Source of the DNA: Monocercomonoides exilis PA203
Lineage: Eukaryota; Protista; Preaxostyla
DNA: 64,000 bases
Direction of reading: 5' to 3'
NCBI GenBank assembly: GCA_001643675.2
Contig: LSRY02000017.1
Location: forward strand, 1,240,001-1,304,000
Positions 48,101 to 59,400 of this stretch are shown here, one piece after another (the first letter of the stretch is position 1; each line of letters opens with the position of its first letter). Both the position numbers and the translations under genes were made by a program. The notes under the pieces were generated by a model, which saw only the letters and a program-made list of their open reading frames with translations, did not search any database and was not told the DNA's origin.

Positions 48101-49737
48101 TCTAATGGCTGCTGCGGATCATTGGTACAACCACTTGCTTCTCTTGAGCATTCTTTTCCTTCGCATTCGCCTTCAGCTTTCTTTTCGCACAAACACGCTT
48201 GACACTCCGAAGGCTGAGCTATCTGCGGAGTCGGCTGTTGTTGCTGCTGCTGTAAGCGCTGGCGATGCTGTTTTCCCTTCGACTTTGTGGGAACCGTCCA
48301 ATCCAGCACACCCGTGCTTGAAGCAGGCTTGGCTGAAGACACTGAGGTGCCTTCTGATAACGTTTGGGATGTGCTCTTTTGTGCATCTTCGTTCAGCACA
48401 GACAAAAATGATGTCAACAGCAGAGAAAGAATCCGATGCAAAACAACAAGGAAATAGCGAGAAGGGCAGAGCAGCACAAAAATGATAAACGGAGAGAGCG
48501 AAGGATGGAAGGAATGAAGGCTCGACTGGCTCTGCTCTTCAGAAGAATGCCCTGAAGCAGAATCTGAAGAAGCTGATGAAGATGATGCAGGGCAGAAAAA
48601 CATTGGCATATTTTTGGCATCTTCGAATAAGTCATAGATGAAAAGACTGTTTGGCTTTGTTCGTCTTTCTAACACATTTTTATGAGACAATTGCTTTTCT
48701 GGAAAATGCTCTTTGTCTTCGATAATCCGTATGCATTCAGCCATCCCTTCTGCACACAGCCACTCTGCAATAAAGCTGTTCATTTCTCTTTCTTTCTCTT
48801 TTGATTTCAAAGAAGCCATTATCCTGTTAATGATCTTGTTTCTCTCTTTGAAAGCAGCCAATTGCAACTTGTACTCCGTTTTCCGCTTTTCATCCTCTTC
48901 ACTAAGCGGAACTGAAAGAGGACTGACAGAAGGAGTAACAGTCGAATTAAAAGCACAAGATGAATCACATGAAGGCTGAGATGAAGATGGAGTCGCAGAT
49001 ATTGAAGGTTGTTGAGATGTAACCGAGCTTGAAGATGGTTGTTGTTCATTAACAATTTCTTCCGCAAGCTCTTTATTTCCTTCAATTTTCTTGTCGTTTG
49101 CTTTTGGTTCATTCTTTGCAATTTCATTTTGTTTCCTGCAAATAAAAGCCTTTCTTCTTCTTTCTTTTTCCTTTTCCTTTTCTAAATTTTTTGCTTCTTC
49201 AGCACGTATTTCTTCAATAGACTTCTCCTTTGATGACGTTGCCCATCCATCTCCTTCGCTCCCATAAAAGAAAATTGATACAGCTTCACTAAGTCCAGTG
49301 AATGCAGACGTTTGCATTAACGGGAAAAGTTCATGAGCCAATGCATGAGGAAGGCGAGGATCAACAAATTCATTATCCTGTTGCTGAGGCATATGTTTTT
49401 CAGAAGGGAAATCTCTTGTTATGCGCTCCTTTTCTAATTGAATGAGAATTTCCCTTTTTAGATGAAAAATAAAATTTATCATAGAATCTTTCATTTTGTC
49501 AGTAATTGGACAAGGCAATGGGGGTGAAGAATAAGTGACTGAACATGGTTCAGCTACCGTAGTGAATTCTTCCTCTGGAATTCCACGTGGTATTGTTGGG
49601 GGGTCATTAACAATCGAAGGACACGCAAAAAGTGGTAATTTGGTTCTAAAATAATATATTAATTTAATTAGTGAAGGTTCGGAAAGTATGAGAGGCGGAG
49701 AAGAACCACCGGAGCCTAAGACGCCAGGTTTTGGCAT
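45166..49737 (-). CDS. ~1520-aa hypothetical protein: hydrophobic helical blocks separated by Ser/Pro-rich and charged inserts
   Basis: Uninterrupted 4.5-kb ORF, first ATG at 49737; no family recognised. Confidence 0.8.
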   Translation of the reverse strand: MPKPGVLGSGGSSPPLILSEPSLIKLIYYFRTKLPLFACPSIVNDPPTIPRGIPEEEFTTVAEPCSVTYSSPPLPCPITDKMKDSMINFIFHLKREILIQLEKERITRDFPSEKHMPQQQDNEFVDPRLPHALAHELFPLMQTSAFTGLSEAVSIFFYGSEGDGWATSSKEKSIEEIRAEEAKNLEKEKEKERRRKAFICRKQNEIAKNEPKANDKKIEGNKELAEEIVNEQQPSSSSVTSQQPSISATPSSSQPSCDSSCAFNSTVTPSVSPLSVPLSEEDEKRKTEYKLQLAAFKERNKIINRIMASLKSKEKEREMNSFIAEWLCAEGMAECIRIIEDKEHFPEKQLSHKNVLERRTKPNSLFIYDLFEDAKNMPMFFCPASSSSASSDSASGHSSEEQSQSSLHSFHPSLSPFIIFVLLCPSRYFLVVLHRILSLLLTSFLSVLNEDAQKSTSQTLSEGTSVSSAKPASSTGVLDWTVPTKSKGKQHRQRLQQQQQQPTPQIAQPSECQACLCEKKAEGECEGKECSREASGCTNDPQQPLDDKDSSDKSSPNQTPVAISLSPASAGDCAETPAVQSEASTNECGSITPSAAVSTPSASTEPQSSPAASSPSVNLQPNAVASIEQKRIERNAEKGRLRERRLKEREERNLQKEQKGARDTSSTFHLLLFWIDAARRWLKEAQWATAEDMSNLLANQQKVGSSQKCECNCKADESQVNEQPKEVRERDYVLLQSVPLILSFLIDLRAAANHRLLTLPPSPPSLPLLPHLPPPKNPFPSNTFRPASGQLTPAVITPQLPPSPQSASSEAPVETVKATCDSAQLPSPTSPSATPNSLVSAESTPDAQSPCPDASPVSTPSPMQSPSSEASSSLQLSPQSSQPIFAKAPYMKRSCFRYSPNASNKVQKSPSQNIATEQENGSVTSNSEDANKMKEKDKEKEPVRGQSLNGWASVASLLDITEKREEIQREVQKKKEEKRMMEEKTEEKQADENKSDETKSEVTDKICSCESEKRENEQTHKDTPQLISVTALPLLSSPFFSMLCATPAQQLQSSLDVLSSNNSNLKESSSSSSSSSSSSINSSSESNSCNLYALIPRIIFHFFVFLRSIKAISFLSSLQPVSDISQSSSSSPSSLPSSAAIKSPSLHQLDHMNWIDEGQSVLTVMAKSLEGTCQRPSSTNKVHDVLISMLKRSLKEAEGDIDLYSASSQFEAKKQAFLEEQERKRNEANHSKEGESETDSSISIVFGESSQESGFEDREKEKEKSLSQPSAPQKHSHADVAIEPFDRFFGWLEHHFASSITPPSSSSLVPPEHLNHSPFLTLLAGFEPDAPQYILMRNFLSHNPLILSITAPSTSFAPPSVDQSQASTPYGQFLFSINLHLFPFEEIVSASVDSFLQSESLSASSSSSSVPSSSSASSTSTPSDSSSLPPTIPLPLLASFRSLLLTRFNEFFRACQTNYLLSHFPTAADAPAPLPPLPTEVLLRVLNSSADVVRTTVQWKRSILLKFESKGKKMIIEQLQSKL

Positions 49738-50404
49738 TGCTTTCAAATAAAAAATTTTTTAAAAATTATTATAGTTAACATTGATCTTTCGAGTGTTAAT
49801 GATGATATTTGTTCATTTTTTTCCGCATCTTTTATGATTATGATCACCGTTTTGTAGTTTTTTGATGTTAAGCATTTATATCTATGGAACAGAAGAAAAG
49901 AAAGAAGTCAACTCCTCATTTTGGCGTTATAGATTATTCATCTTTACATAAAAAAAACAAGTTCAACGCGAGAAGCATGATAAATGCTTAGATCGTGAAA
50001 TAAACAAAGCTTAAAAAGAAAAGCTGTTATAGTTAAACAAAAGCAAAACTGGCGTTCTGAGAAAAAATAAGAAATAAACATGATAGAACAAAAGTGTTTT
50101 GACAATTTGAAATATTTTGAGATAATCGTTAAATAATTCATTTAGAAATAAAAAAATTGAAAGATAAGATAAGAAAACAAATTTTACACATCACCCAAGT
50201 GTGTGTGTAATAATTCGTCTATAAATATATTTAAAGCGATGAATATAAATATCTACCCATAATGAAGAAATAGATAAGTGCGAAGAAATTCCACTTGTTC
50301 GCAATAATTCATAAAACAAAATTCAATGCAATTCTACTGCTTATATAATGCAATTAAAACGAAAAAAAAAGAAAGAAAGAAAAAGAAAGAAAAAGACAAA
50401 AGAG

Positions 50405-53400
50405 TTAATGTTTGTCAGCATGTGAGTGAGAATGGGAATGCGAATGATGTCCAGATGAGGAATTATGGTGCTGGTGAGTTTCCTGCCGTGTTCTTGCCTG
50501 TTTTGGAGGAGAAGAGGCAGGCGATGCTGACTGCTCTTTTGTGGTGTGGTGGGACTTGCTGTGGTGAGAGTGGCTGCGGGTGTGGTGGTGGTGGTGGGTG
50601 TGCGGCCGGGGCTCAGAAAACATCACAGCTGCTGATGATGGAATTGAAGAAGGAGAAATGGAGGAAGAGGAGGAGGAAGAAGATGATGATGAAGGAAAAG
50701 GAGAAGGAGAAGAAAGACTATTTGATGCAGGTGTGGAAAGGGAGCTTTGAGGGGTGTGTGGTTGAGTAGCAGTAGTCATAGGGGTGAGCGTACGTGAGGA
50801 AGGTGGAGGCCCCACAAGCAGAGGAGAAGCAAAAGAGCCACGAGAAGATGAAGCAGCAGCAGAAGAAGAAGGAGGAGTAGTAGTAGTAGAAGAAGAAGCG
50901 TTGTGGAGAGGTGTCTGCGACTGCATCGAACTGGCTGAAGGAGCCATCTGAGGAACAAAGGAGGAGGCTGTTATTGCATTTGCCCCAGTTCCTGTTGTTG
51001 TTGTTGTTATGGTTGATGCAACTGCTGCCCAGTGCTGTTGCTCTGATGATGTGTTGGGATGTGAATGTGAATGCGAATGTGTGTGTGAATGTGACTGAGA
51101 ATTAGAATTAGAATTTGAATGAGAGTTTGAATGAGAATGAGAATGAGGCTGTGAATGAGAATGTGAGTGTGAGTGTGAATGAATGCCACTCTGCTGGCTC
51201 TTCAAAGGCGAACGGTGTCGATGCTTCTCTTCTGGTGCCTGTCCATCTGATGAGATGTGCAGAGGAGCTGGGCGGTTGGGTGTGCTGATTGGTGTGAGCT
51301 GCTTGTTGGATGGATGGATTGAAGAAGAGGAAGATGAAGGAGGATGCGTCCCAGCAGGAGAGCGAGGCGGCAGGGCAGTGGATGGAGGAGCCTTCAGTTT
51401 TGAGGGCACAAATGAAGGAGATGCCAAAGAAAGAAGAGTCGAAGGAGAGGGCGAGCTGGATGGCATCGACATCATTTGTGAAGAAGAAGAAGAAGATGAT
51501 GATGATGGAGAAGTTGTTGTTGTTGTTGTTGTTGTTGTTGATGCACTTGGTGAAGGCATAGAAGAAGAAACAGAGGAAGAAGCAGCAGCAGCAGCGGGAG
51601 AATTAAGAACAGAGTTGGGGATATTTTGACCTCCAGTAACAGAAGAAGAAGAGGAGGAGGAGGAAGAGCGATAAGCAGCAGAAGCACTTGAAGATCCCAT
51701 TCCGAGTGCATTTGATGCTCTGAGTGATGGCAGGATGGTCTGATGTGACTCGCCCCAGTCAACATCCTTCTCTCTGGACGATGCAAACGAAGAGGAAGGA
51801 AACATGAAGGATGACATGGGCTGCACAGAGGAGGGAGAGAGCGTCATTGAAGGAGCAGTGAAGGGGGAAATAGATAGCAGATGGGATGCAGCCACTGCAG
51901 CAGAAGCAGAAGCAGAAGAAGAAGAAGAGGAAGATGAAGAAGAAGATTGGTGTGCTAGTTTTCCTCCATGTGATGATAGGGATTTTGCCTGAAGTTGAGT
52001 TCGAGTCAAAGAGGAAGGTGTTGTTTGGTGGCCGTGGGGCTGCTCGAGCGAAGAGGCAGAAGGCGACTTGTGGTGGTGGAGATGCTGATGAGGAGCAGAA
52101 GAAGGAGTTGTTTGTGTGGATGTTCTTGATGGTGTGGAAGAAGACTGGGATGATGAATGATGCTCAGAATCACGAATAGCAGGCAGATGTATCTGTGGAT
52201 GCATTTGTGTGTTAGAAGAACCAGCTGAAGAAGGAGAAGAAGAGGGGGAAGAAGAAGAAAGCGAAGCAGCTGATATTTGAGGCTGTCCATTTGATTGCGC
52301 AGTCGAAGAGGCGATCTCAGCAGAAGATGCCACAAGTGCTGTTCTGTTTGGCGAGCGTAGTCGAGCAGGGCTTCGTGAGCTTCCAAAGGCAGAAGAGCGG
52401 AGTTTGTTTTCGTGTTCAGAGAAAGTGCTGTGATGAATGGGGTTGTGCGGGTGGTGGTGAGGGATAAATGAAGGAGAGGCGACGGAGAGGCGCGCTTCTG
52501 TTATGGCTGAGGACTCGGCTTTATCCTGCTGGGCAGCGCTGAAATTTGTGGAGGATGGAGGAAACATCTTTGAAGAAGAAGAGGAGGAAGAAGAAGAAGA
52601 GCGGTGGGACGTAGTTTGTGTTGTTGGCGGAGTTGTTGATTGTGTCTGGCCCATTGAAAAAGAGGATGAGGAGGAAGAAGAAGAAGAAGATGCTGAGTGT
52701 GCAGATCTGGCTGAAGAAGGCGCAGTAACAGAAGTAGCAGAGTCAGAAGCCAAGCTGTGTGGCGTGGATGTTCTGGAGTATCCAGATGCAGACAGAGGTT
52801 TTCCACCCGAATGCTTCTGAATTGGCTGCAGCGGCTGGTGCGAGTGCGGACGAGGCGAAGAAGCTGTTTGGATGGCAGGGGCACTGGCTGTGCGTGTGTG
52901 TGTGACCTCTTTCTTCGCCAGCTCATTCAACAAGACAGCACGCTCTTTGTCTCGATTGGCCTTCCGCTGCCACTCTCTCTCTCTCTCCTCGGCCATCATG
53001 TTCTGCACCCTCTCTCTTTCCAGCTTGTGCTCCAGCTCTTTGTTCGCCTTCCACTGCTGCAGGATGATCTGCCTGTGCCTCGTCCGTTCCTCCTTCCCAT
53101 ACACCAGCTCTGCTATCTTCTCCACCATCAGGTTCCGTTTAATCGCCACCCGCGCAATCACTTTGACGGCGCTGTGCATGTGGCGATAGAGTGGGAAGCG
53201 GAAGCGGAGGAGGTCTGGCGAAAGAGGATGGGGAGATATCCCGAAGACGGTGCTGTCTTCGAAGTAGCGGCCGAGGCGAAGGAGAATCGGGGGCATGATG
53301 TATTGAGGGAAGTGGGGCACATTCAGATGAGATGAGCGTGGCGGAGACAACTGCGATGCTTGTGATATTTGCGACATTTGTGATATTTGTGAAAATTGTG

Positions 53401-56400
53401 ATATTTGTGATGGCTGTGAGTTCATTGACATCATTGTTGTAAGTGGCGTGAGTGCTGTAAGTGATGAAGGAGCAAGTGCTGTTGATGCCATCTGTGACTT
53501 CGGTGTTGCTGTGTGTGGCGGAGACGCTGTCTCAGAAATGGCATATGGTTCTGATGTCACTTCCTGCGATGTCGAAATCGAAGTAGAAGTAGAACAAGAA
53601 GAAGAAGAAGAAGAAGAAGTAGAAGTAGAAGTCGAAGTTGAAGTCGGAGGCGAAGGAGAAGGCACCAGCAGCTCAGGCTCCTCTCCCTTCGACAGCTTCG
53701 CCTCTTCATCTCTCCTCAGCTTGTCTGCAACTATTCCCTGTGCCAGCGCCAGCAGCCACTCTCTCCACAGCCGCTTCTCCTTCGGAATCACATCAGCTGA
53801 TATCTCGTTCTGCCTTGTTCCCCACGCCCCTGCAAACGTCGCCCCTTGCAGAATGAGCCAGGTTGCCTCTGAAAACACATTCAGCATCGGCAGAAGCGAA
53901 GAGAAGGCAGGAATTGCTAAGGAAACGTTGCCTGCCTGGCCGAAGACGAGGAAGGGGGACATCTGCGGGATGGACTGCATCGACAGGGCGGGTGTGTATG
54001 ACACATGGGAAAGAGGTTGGTTCTCTGCATGAACAAGAGAATTAACCACGTGGCGGATGATTTCACCAGGAGGCAAGCGAGACAGTAGGTTTTCTCCTGT
54101 GATTAAGGCTGGCTGTTCGTTAGCCTTCTCAAGCGCCTCCTTCTTTGCTCTCTGTTCTTGCTCCTTCACAATCATCTTTGAGAGGAGGAGCAGCTGGCGG
54201 GTGATTGTCAGGCGCAGCTTCGATGTGAAGGCGTTGGTGCCCATCGAGTTGGAGATGATGAAGAAAGGAGAGGTGTGGCAGGGAATAACCACAACTGGCA
54301 CAAGAGTGTATGGCAGAACAACTTCTCCATCTTCGTCGTATTGGTATCCTGCTCCGACCTCGTCATATGCATACTCACTGGATTCATCACTGGAGGAATA
54401 GTCATCTTCATAGTCAAAATCATCATCATCATCATCATCATTACCGTCTTTTTCTTCTTCTTTATCTTCTTTATCTTTGTTCTTTCCTTCTTCTTCATTC
54501 TTATTTTCACTTTTATCGTCTTCTTTGTTCATTTCTGCTCCTGAATAGTTATTCCTCTTCTTCCTTCTCTTCTTCTTCCCACCTTCTTCTTCTTTCTCTC
54601 TAATAAACCTCTTAATCCCCCTCCGTGCCTCCTTGCACTTCACCAGCATCATCTCGTTCTCAATGATCCTCCTGTGAAGCGGGTTCTGTATAACCGAGTA
54701 GATAATCACATCATTCCCTGATATAATGCCTATGGTCTCTGGATCGAGTATCTGCCCTTCGATGGCCAGCGACGGCGTCACAAGCGAAGCGACCTGCCGG
54801 ACAGATGCGCCGATTGTGGCAGCGCTGCGGCAGAGGGAGTGTGGGTATGTGCGGGAGATGCAGAGAGAAGAGGCAGAGGTACCAGGAAAATGGGTGCAGT
54901 TGCAGAGAGGAAGGAGATCGAAGAGAGAGACGGGGTTCAGATTCATGTGAGCAGGGCGGAAGAAACTGCAGGAGGAAGAGGAAGCTGAAGGAGAAGAGAA
55001 GGAGCGGGAATATGAGGAAGAGGATGAGGAAGAGGAGTAAGAGGAAGAAGCAGAGGAAGATGAGATGCCAGATGAAGAATAAGAAGAGGAATAAGAAGAA
55101 GAAACTGATTCATCTGCTTCATCTGCTTCAGATGCCTCTGTCTCTTCAGCCAGTTCAGATGCAGACGATTGAGTGGACAATGCTTGTGATGCAATAGAAA
55201 GGCCATCTGTGTCGCTGTATTCTGATTCACTGGGGCTCTCCACTTGGATCGCCTTCCTTCTGAACTTGAGCCCTGTCTCCACTCTCATCTTCTCCAGCTT
55301 CTCTGGACTGTCCTTAGAAGCTTCAATCTTCACCTTCCTTTTCGCGATTGCCTCGTCTGCTTTCTTCATAAACCTTCCCCTCAGGCTCATGTACATCCTT
55401 TGTGATGCTCCGTTCCAGAGGCAGAGGTGTTTCATCCGCGGGAGCAGTGGCGTTGACACAGGGAAACCAGCAGGCAAAGTCATGTCAAACATAGACACTC
55501 CACATGGCGAATGGACAGCGAGGATGCGGAGCAAGCGAGGGGTGAAGAGATACTGCGGAATGAGGTGGGACAGGCGCGAGTGGTAGTACTGCATCTGCGG
55601 GCGAGAGCTGAACACCGTGTCTGCCTGCGGCACCCCGTCTGTCTCGACCATGTTCTTCGTCTTCCACTCCTTCTGAATGGGGTCGGAGAGAACTGTAGCA
55701 CCTGCAAGGGACACAGACACGACGGGAGAGGGGGCAACAACATAGCCCATCAGCTGCACTGTGATTGGAGGAGGACGTTGAGGCAAGGGAGTGCCAGGCA
55801 GTTTGGCCATTGACACGAATGTGGTGGTGGATGTAGTTAAAGAAGAAGAAGAAGAGCCTGCAGCAGAAAGAGAAGACGATGGAAGTGAGTAGTTCACCCA
55901 GTCTCTCCGTTGCAGGCGCATTGCCTCCTGTTCAGACAGCGCCAGCTGCTTCAGCCTTTCTCCTTCTGTCTCTCCAGCTGCTGCCAGCACTGCGTCACCT
56001 CCTATTCGTGTGTCGTTGACGATGTCGGTGGAACTCACGTGGAACGGGAAGAGAGGAGCCAGCTTGCCTTGCAGATCGAACAAGGGGAGGGTGCAGCTGC
56101 AGGTGAAGGTCGATGGCAGAATCTCGATTGGATCGTCTTTGTTGTGTTGAGTGGCATCAGATGCTTGTCCTTGTTGAATTGTGCTGGTTGGTTGGCCAGT
56201 TTTTGTGGTTTGTGCAGTTTTGTCCGCTTTTGCATCATCAGCAGGGTTTGTTTCTGCGTCTGGTGTGGAATCAATTGAACTGGTGCTGCTGGTGGATGAG
56301 GAAGATGTTGTGATTGAAGAGGAAGAGGAAGACGAGGAGGAAGAAGAAGAAGATAAGTCAGATGTGCTTGTTAGAGAGGAATCTGTTTCTGAGTCTAAGT

Positions 56401-59400
56401 GATCTTTTCCTTTTTCTTTGTTTTTGCCTTTATTTTTGTCAGTTTTTGTGTGTTTATCCTTTTCTTTCTTTGCTTTCCTTTCTTTCCTCTCTTTCTTCTC
56501 TTTACTCAATTTGTTCTTCCTCTTCATCTCCGCCATTCTTTCCTTCTCCTTCTCCTCTTCCTCTTTCTTCCTCGCCAGCGCCTCCTCCTCCGTCTCCCCC
56601 GCTATCCCCAGCCTCGAATCAGCCACTCGCTCTGCCGTGTTCTCAATGTTGTGTCTGAGATCTGCACCTGTGGGCGAGCACGAGGTGAAGCCAAAGACCA
56701 TCACAGACTTCCCGTTCACTGCCACCAGCAGCGACGGGTGTGCCACTATGCTCTGCACTCCGCCGACGATGCGGATGCGTTTGAGTGGGATGATCTCGAC
56801 ATTCAGCAGCTGGTGCACTTCGAAGTCGTTGGCGACGCTGGAGGTGGTCGTGTAGAACATCGGGGACGAGGAAGAAGGTGTGACGGGGGTGAGGCAGAGG
56901 GAGCACGCATCGTTGGTTGTGGCATCGCAGAGGTAGTTGTACTCTTTGGAGGTGAGCAGATCGCTGTCTGAACCTGTTTTGGAGGAGGATGATGATGATG
57001 AAAAGGAAGAAGAAGAAGAGGAAGAAGATGATGATGATGCTAACGATGCTGATAATCGTGTTGTCAAAGCAGAGCGTGAACGACTGGGAGAAGAGTAAGG
57101 CGCAAACGACGAGTAAGAAATGCCCTCGTTGCCTGGTTTTGACCCTCTTTTTCGTGTTCTGCAGCTTCTTCCTTCGACTTCGCACATAATTTCGTCTGCC
57201 ACACGATGCGCCTCGCTCACAAGAGACGTTCGGATCACTTCGAAGATGAAGATGTCTGTGTAAAGTGTTTCTAATGAATAATCATCGTCTGCTGGAGAAT
57301 TGGTTGCATCTGCTGGGCTGTTGAATGTGTTGGAGGAGGAAGAGGAAGAGGCAGAAGACAAAGAGGATGAGGAAGATAATGAAGAAGAGGAAGAAGAAGA
57401 AGAAGATGCGGCAGAGTGTGCTTGGTGCAGTCGAAATGCAGAGAACGGCGCATCTTCATCGATATCGCTGGTAAGGGAAGACGAAAGAGAAGAGGAGGAA
57501 GAAGACAAAGAAGAGGATGAAATAGACAAAGATGATGAAAGACTTGAAGAAGATTCATCGTCTGCATCCAGATTGCCTGGTGTGATGGCGCCCATCAGCA
57601 GCTTTTCTGCTCTTTTACTCTCTTTCTCTTTCCTCCTCTGCTCAATCTCCTTCCTCCGCACTTCCCGTTGCTTCCTTCTCAGCTCTCTGTTCTGCCTTCT
57701 CCTTTCATGCAGCTCCTTCTTCCTCATCAGGCTCTCTTTCTTCCTCTGCAGCCTCTCCTTCCGCTCTGCCCCGCTTTCAGTCATCCCAATGCCAGGCCTC
57801 CCTAATGTCGACTCTCTCCCACACACAGCAATCGGGTTGCGCACATACCGCTTCTGCAGTACATCTGAGGGAAGTCCATATCCCAATGGCTTGATTGGTG
57901 TGAAGGTGTCGTGTCTGCTTGTATTTCCTCCTCCTCCACTGCCATTTCCTCCTCCTCCTCTCCTCCTCCTCCTCCTCCTCCTCCTCCTCCTCCTCCTCCT
58001 CCTCCAATCAGAGAAGAGAAGCTGCTGCCTCTCATCTGCGGAGGTGGCGGTGGAGGTGGCAATGCAGACGGATCAGAAGAAGAAGAAGAAGAAGACTTTT
58101 CTGTGAGTGGTTGAGGTTTGTAGTCGTCTGGTGATGGAATTGTCAGTTTGCCCGACGGGTCAGTGATAAATGAAGTTGGCGGCATCTTCGCAGAGCTTTG
58201 ATCATTTGCTTCTTTCTGGTTAGCATTCTGCTTCGATACACTTGAATACTCATCGTTATTCCCGTCTTCGTCATCGTCTTCGCCCACTTCTTCCATCATA
58301 TCTTCATCCACATCCACATCGTCGTCGTCATCATCATCTCCTCCATTCAACCCATCATCTTCCTGATCCACCAGCCGCACCCCTTTCCACTGCTGTTTTT
58401 GAACTGGGATTCCGTTGTCATTCATCTTCGAGTGCATCTGCTCCAGCGTCTCCAGCACAACCCCTTCTTCAATCGACACCATCTCCCTCACAGCGGATAG
58501 AGTGGGCACTGAAAATGCGGCGATGCAGAAGAAGTTGTAGAGAGCGGTGGATGAAAACCTCAGGGAATCGAGTTGGGCTGGGGAGAGGGAGCTGGCAGAG
58601 GAGCTGTTGCGCACATTGGGTAGAGAAGAGAGAGAAGAAGAGGAAGAAGAAGAAGAGGAAGGGGAAGGGGAAGAAGAAGAAGTTGATTGAGGAGAAGCGC
58701 CAGGCATCAGAGAAAAAGAAGAGTCAGAGAGGTCGGAGATGTTGCGTATGTGCATATGTGACAGGTTTATTCGTCCAATCCGCATTCTCATGTCTCTCTC
58801 GTCATACAGACAGAGGATGAATGCAGGTGAATAGAGCGATGTCAGTGCATCAGAGGATATAGAAGTCGGGGCAGTGAGTGAAGGAATCTGTGTGTTTGAC
58901 GGGATGAGCGAGATGGAGTGTGAGGAGAAGCCAGAGGAGCGTGTGAGCTGCTTGTTCGAGACGTGGGTGGCAGACGAGGGTGTCTTGATGAGTCGGAAAA
59001 GGGCGTCAGACGAGTTCTGCAGAGAAGAGCGGGGCAATGCGCGGTGGAAGTGGTGGTGGATTTTGGGGAGGTAAGGGCTCGGCTTGTCTGAACGGGTTGT
59101 TAATGAAGGAGGTTCAAATGGATTCTCCTCTGAAACAGAAAGCAATCTGCCCAAAATCTTCTTCTCCCTCCGCCTTCGCTCATCTCGCGCTTTCCTCGCC
59201 TGCTGGATGACCCGCTTCGTCTTCGCTTTTTCTCTCCGCATTTCCACTTTATGCCTCTTCATCCCTCTTTTCGTTGCCCTCAGCTGCCGCTTCCGCACAA
59301 TCTGTATCATCTGATTCTGGACAGAGCCGTCGGTGAGCCAAGGAGGAAGCGAGTGGCAGAACTTGGATGAAGTAGAGAAGCAGTGCAGAGGTGTTGGCCG

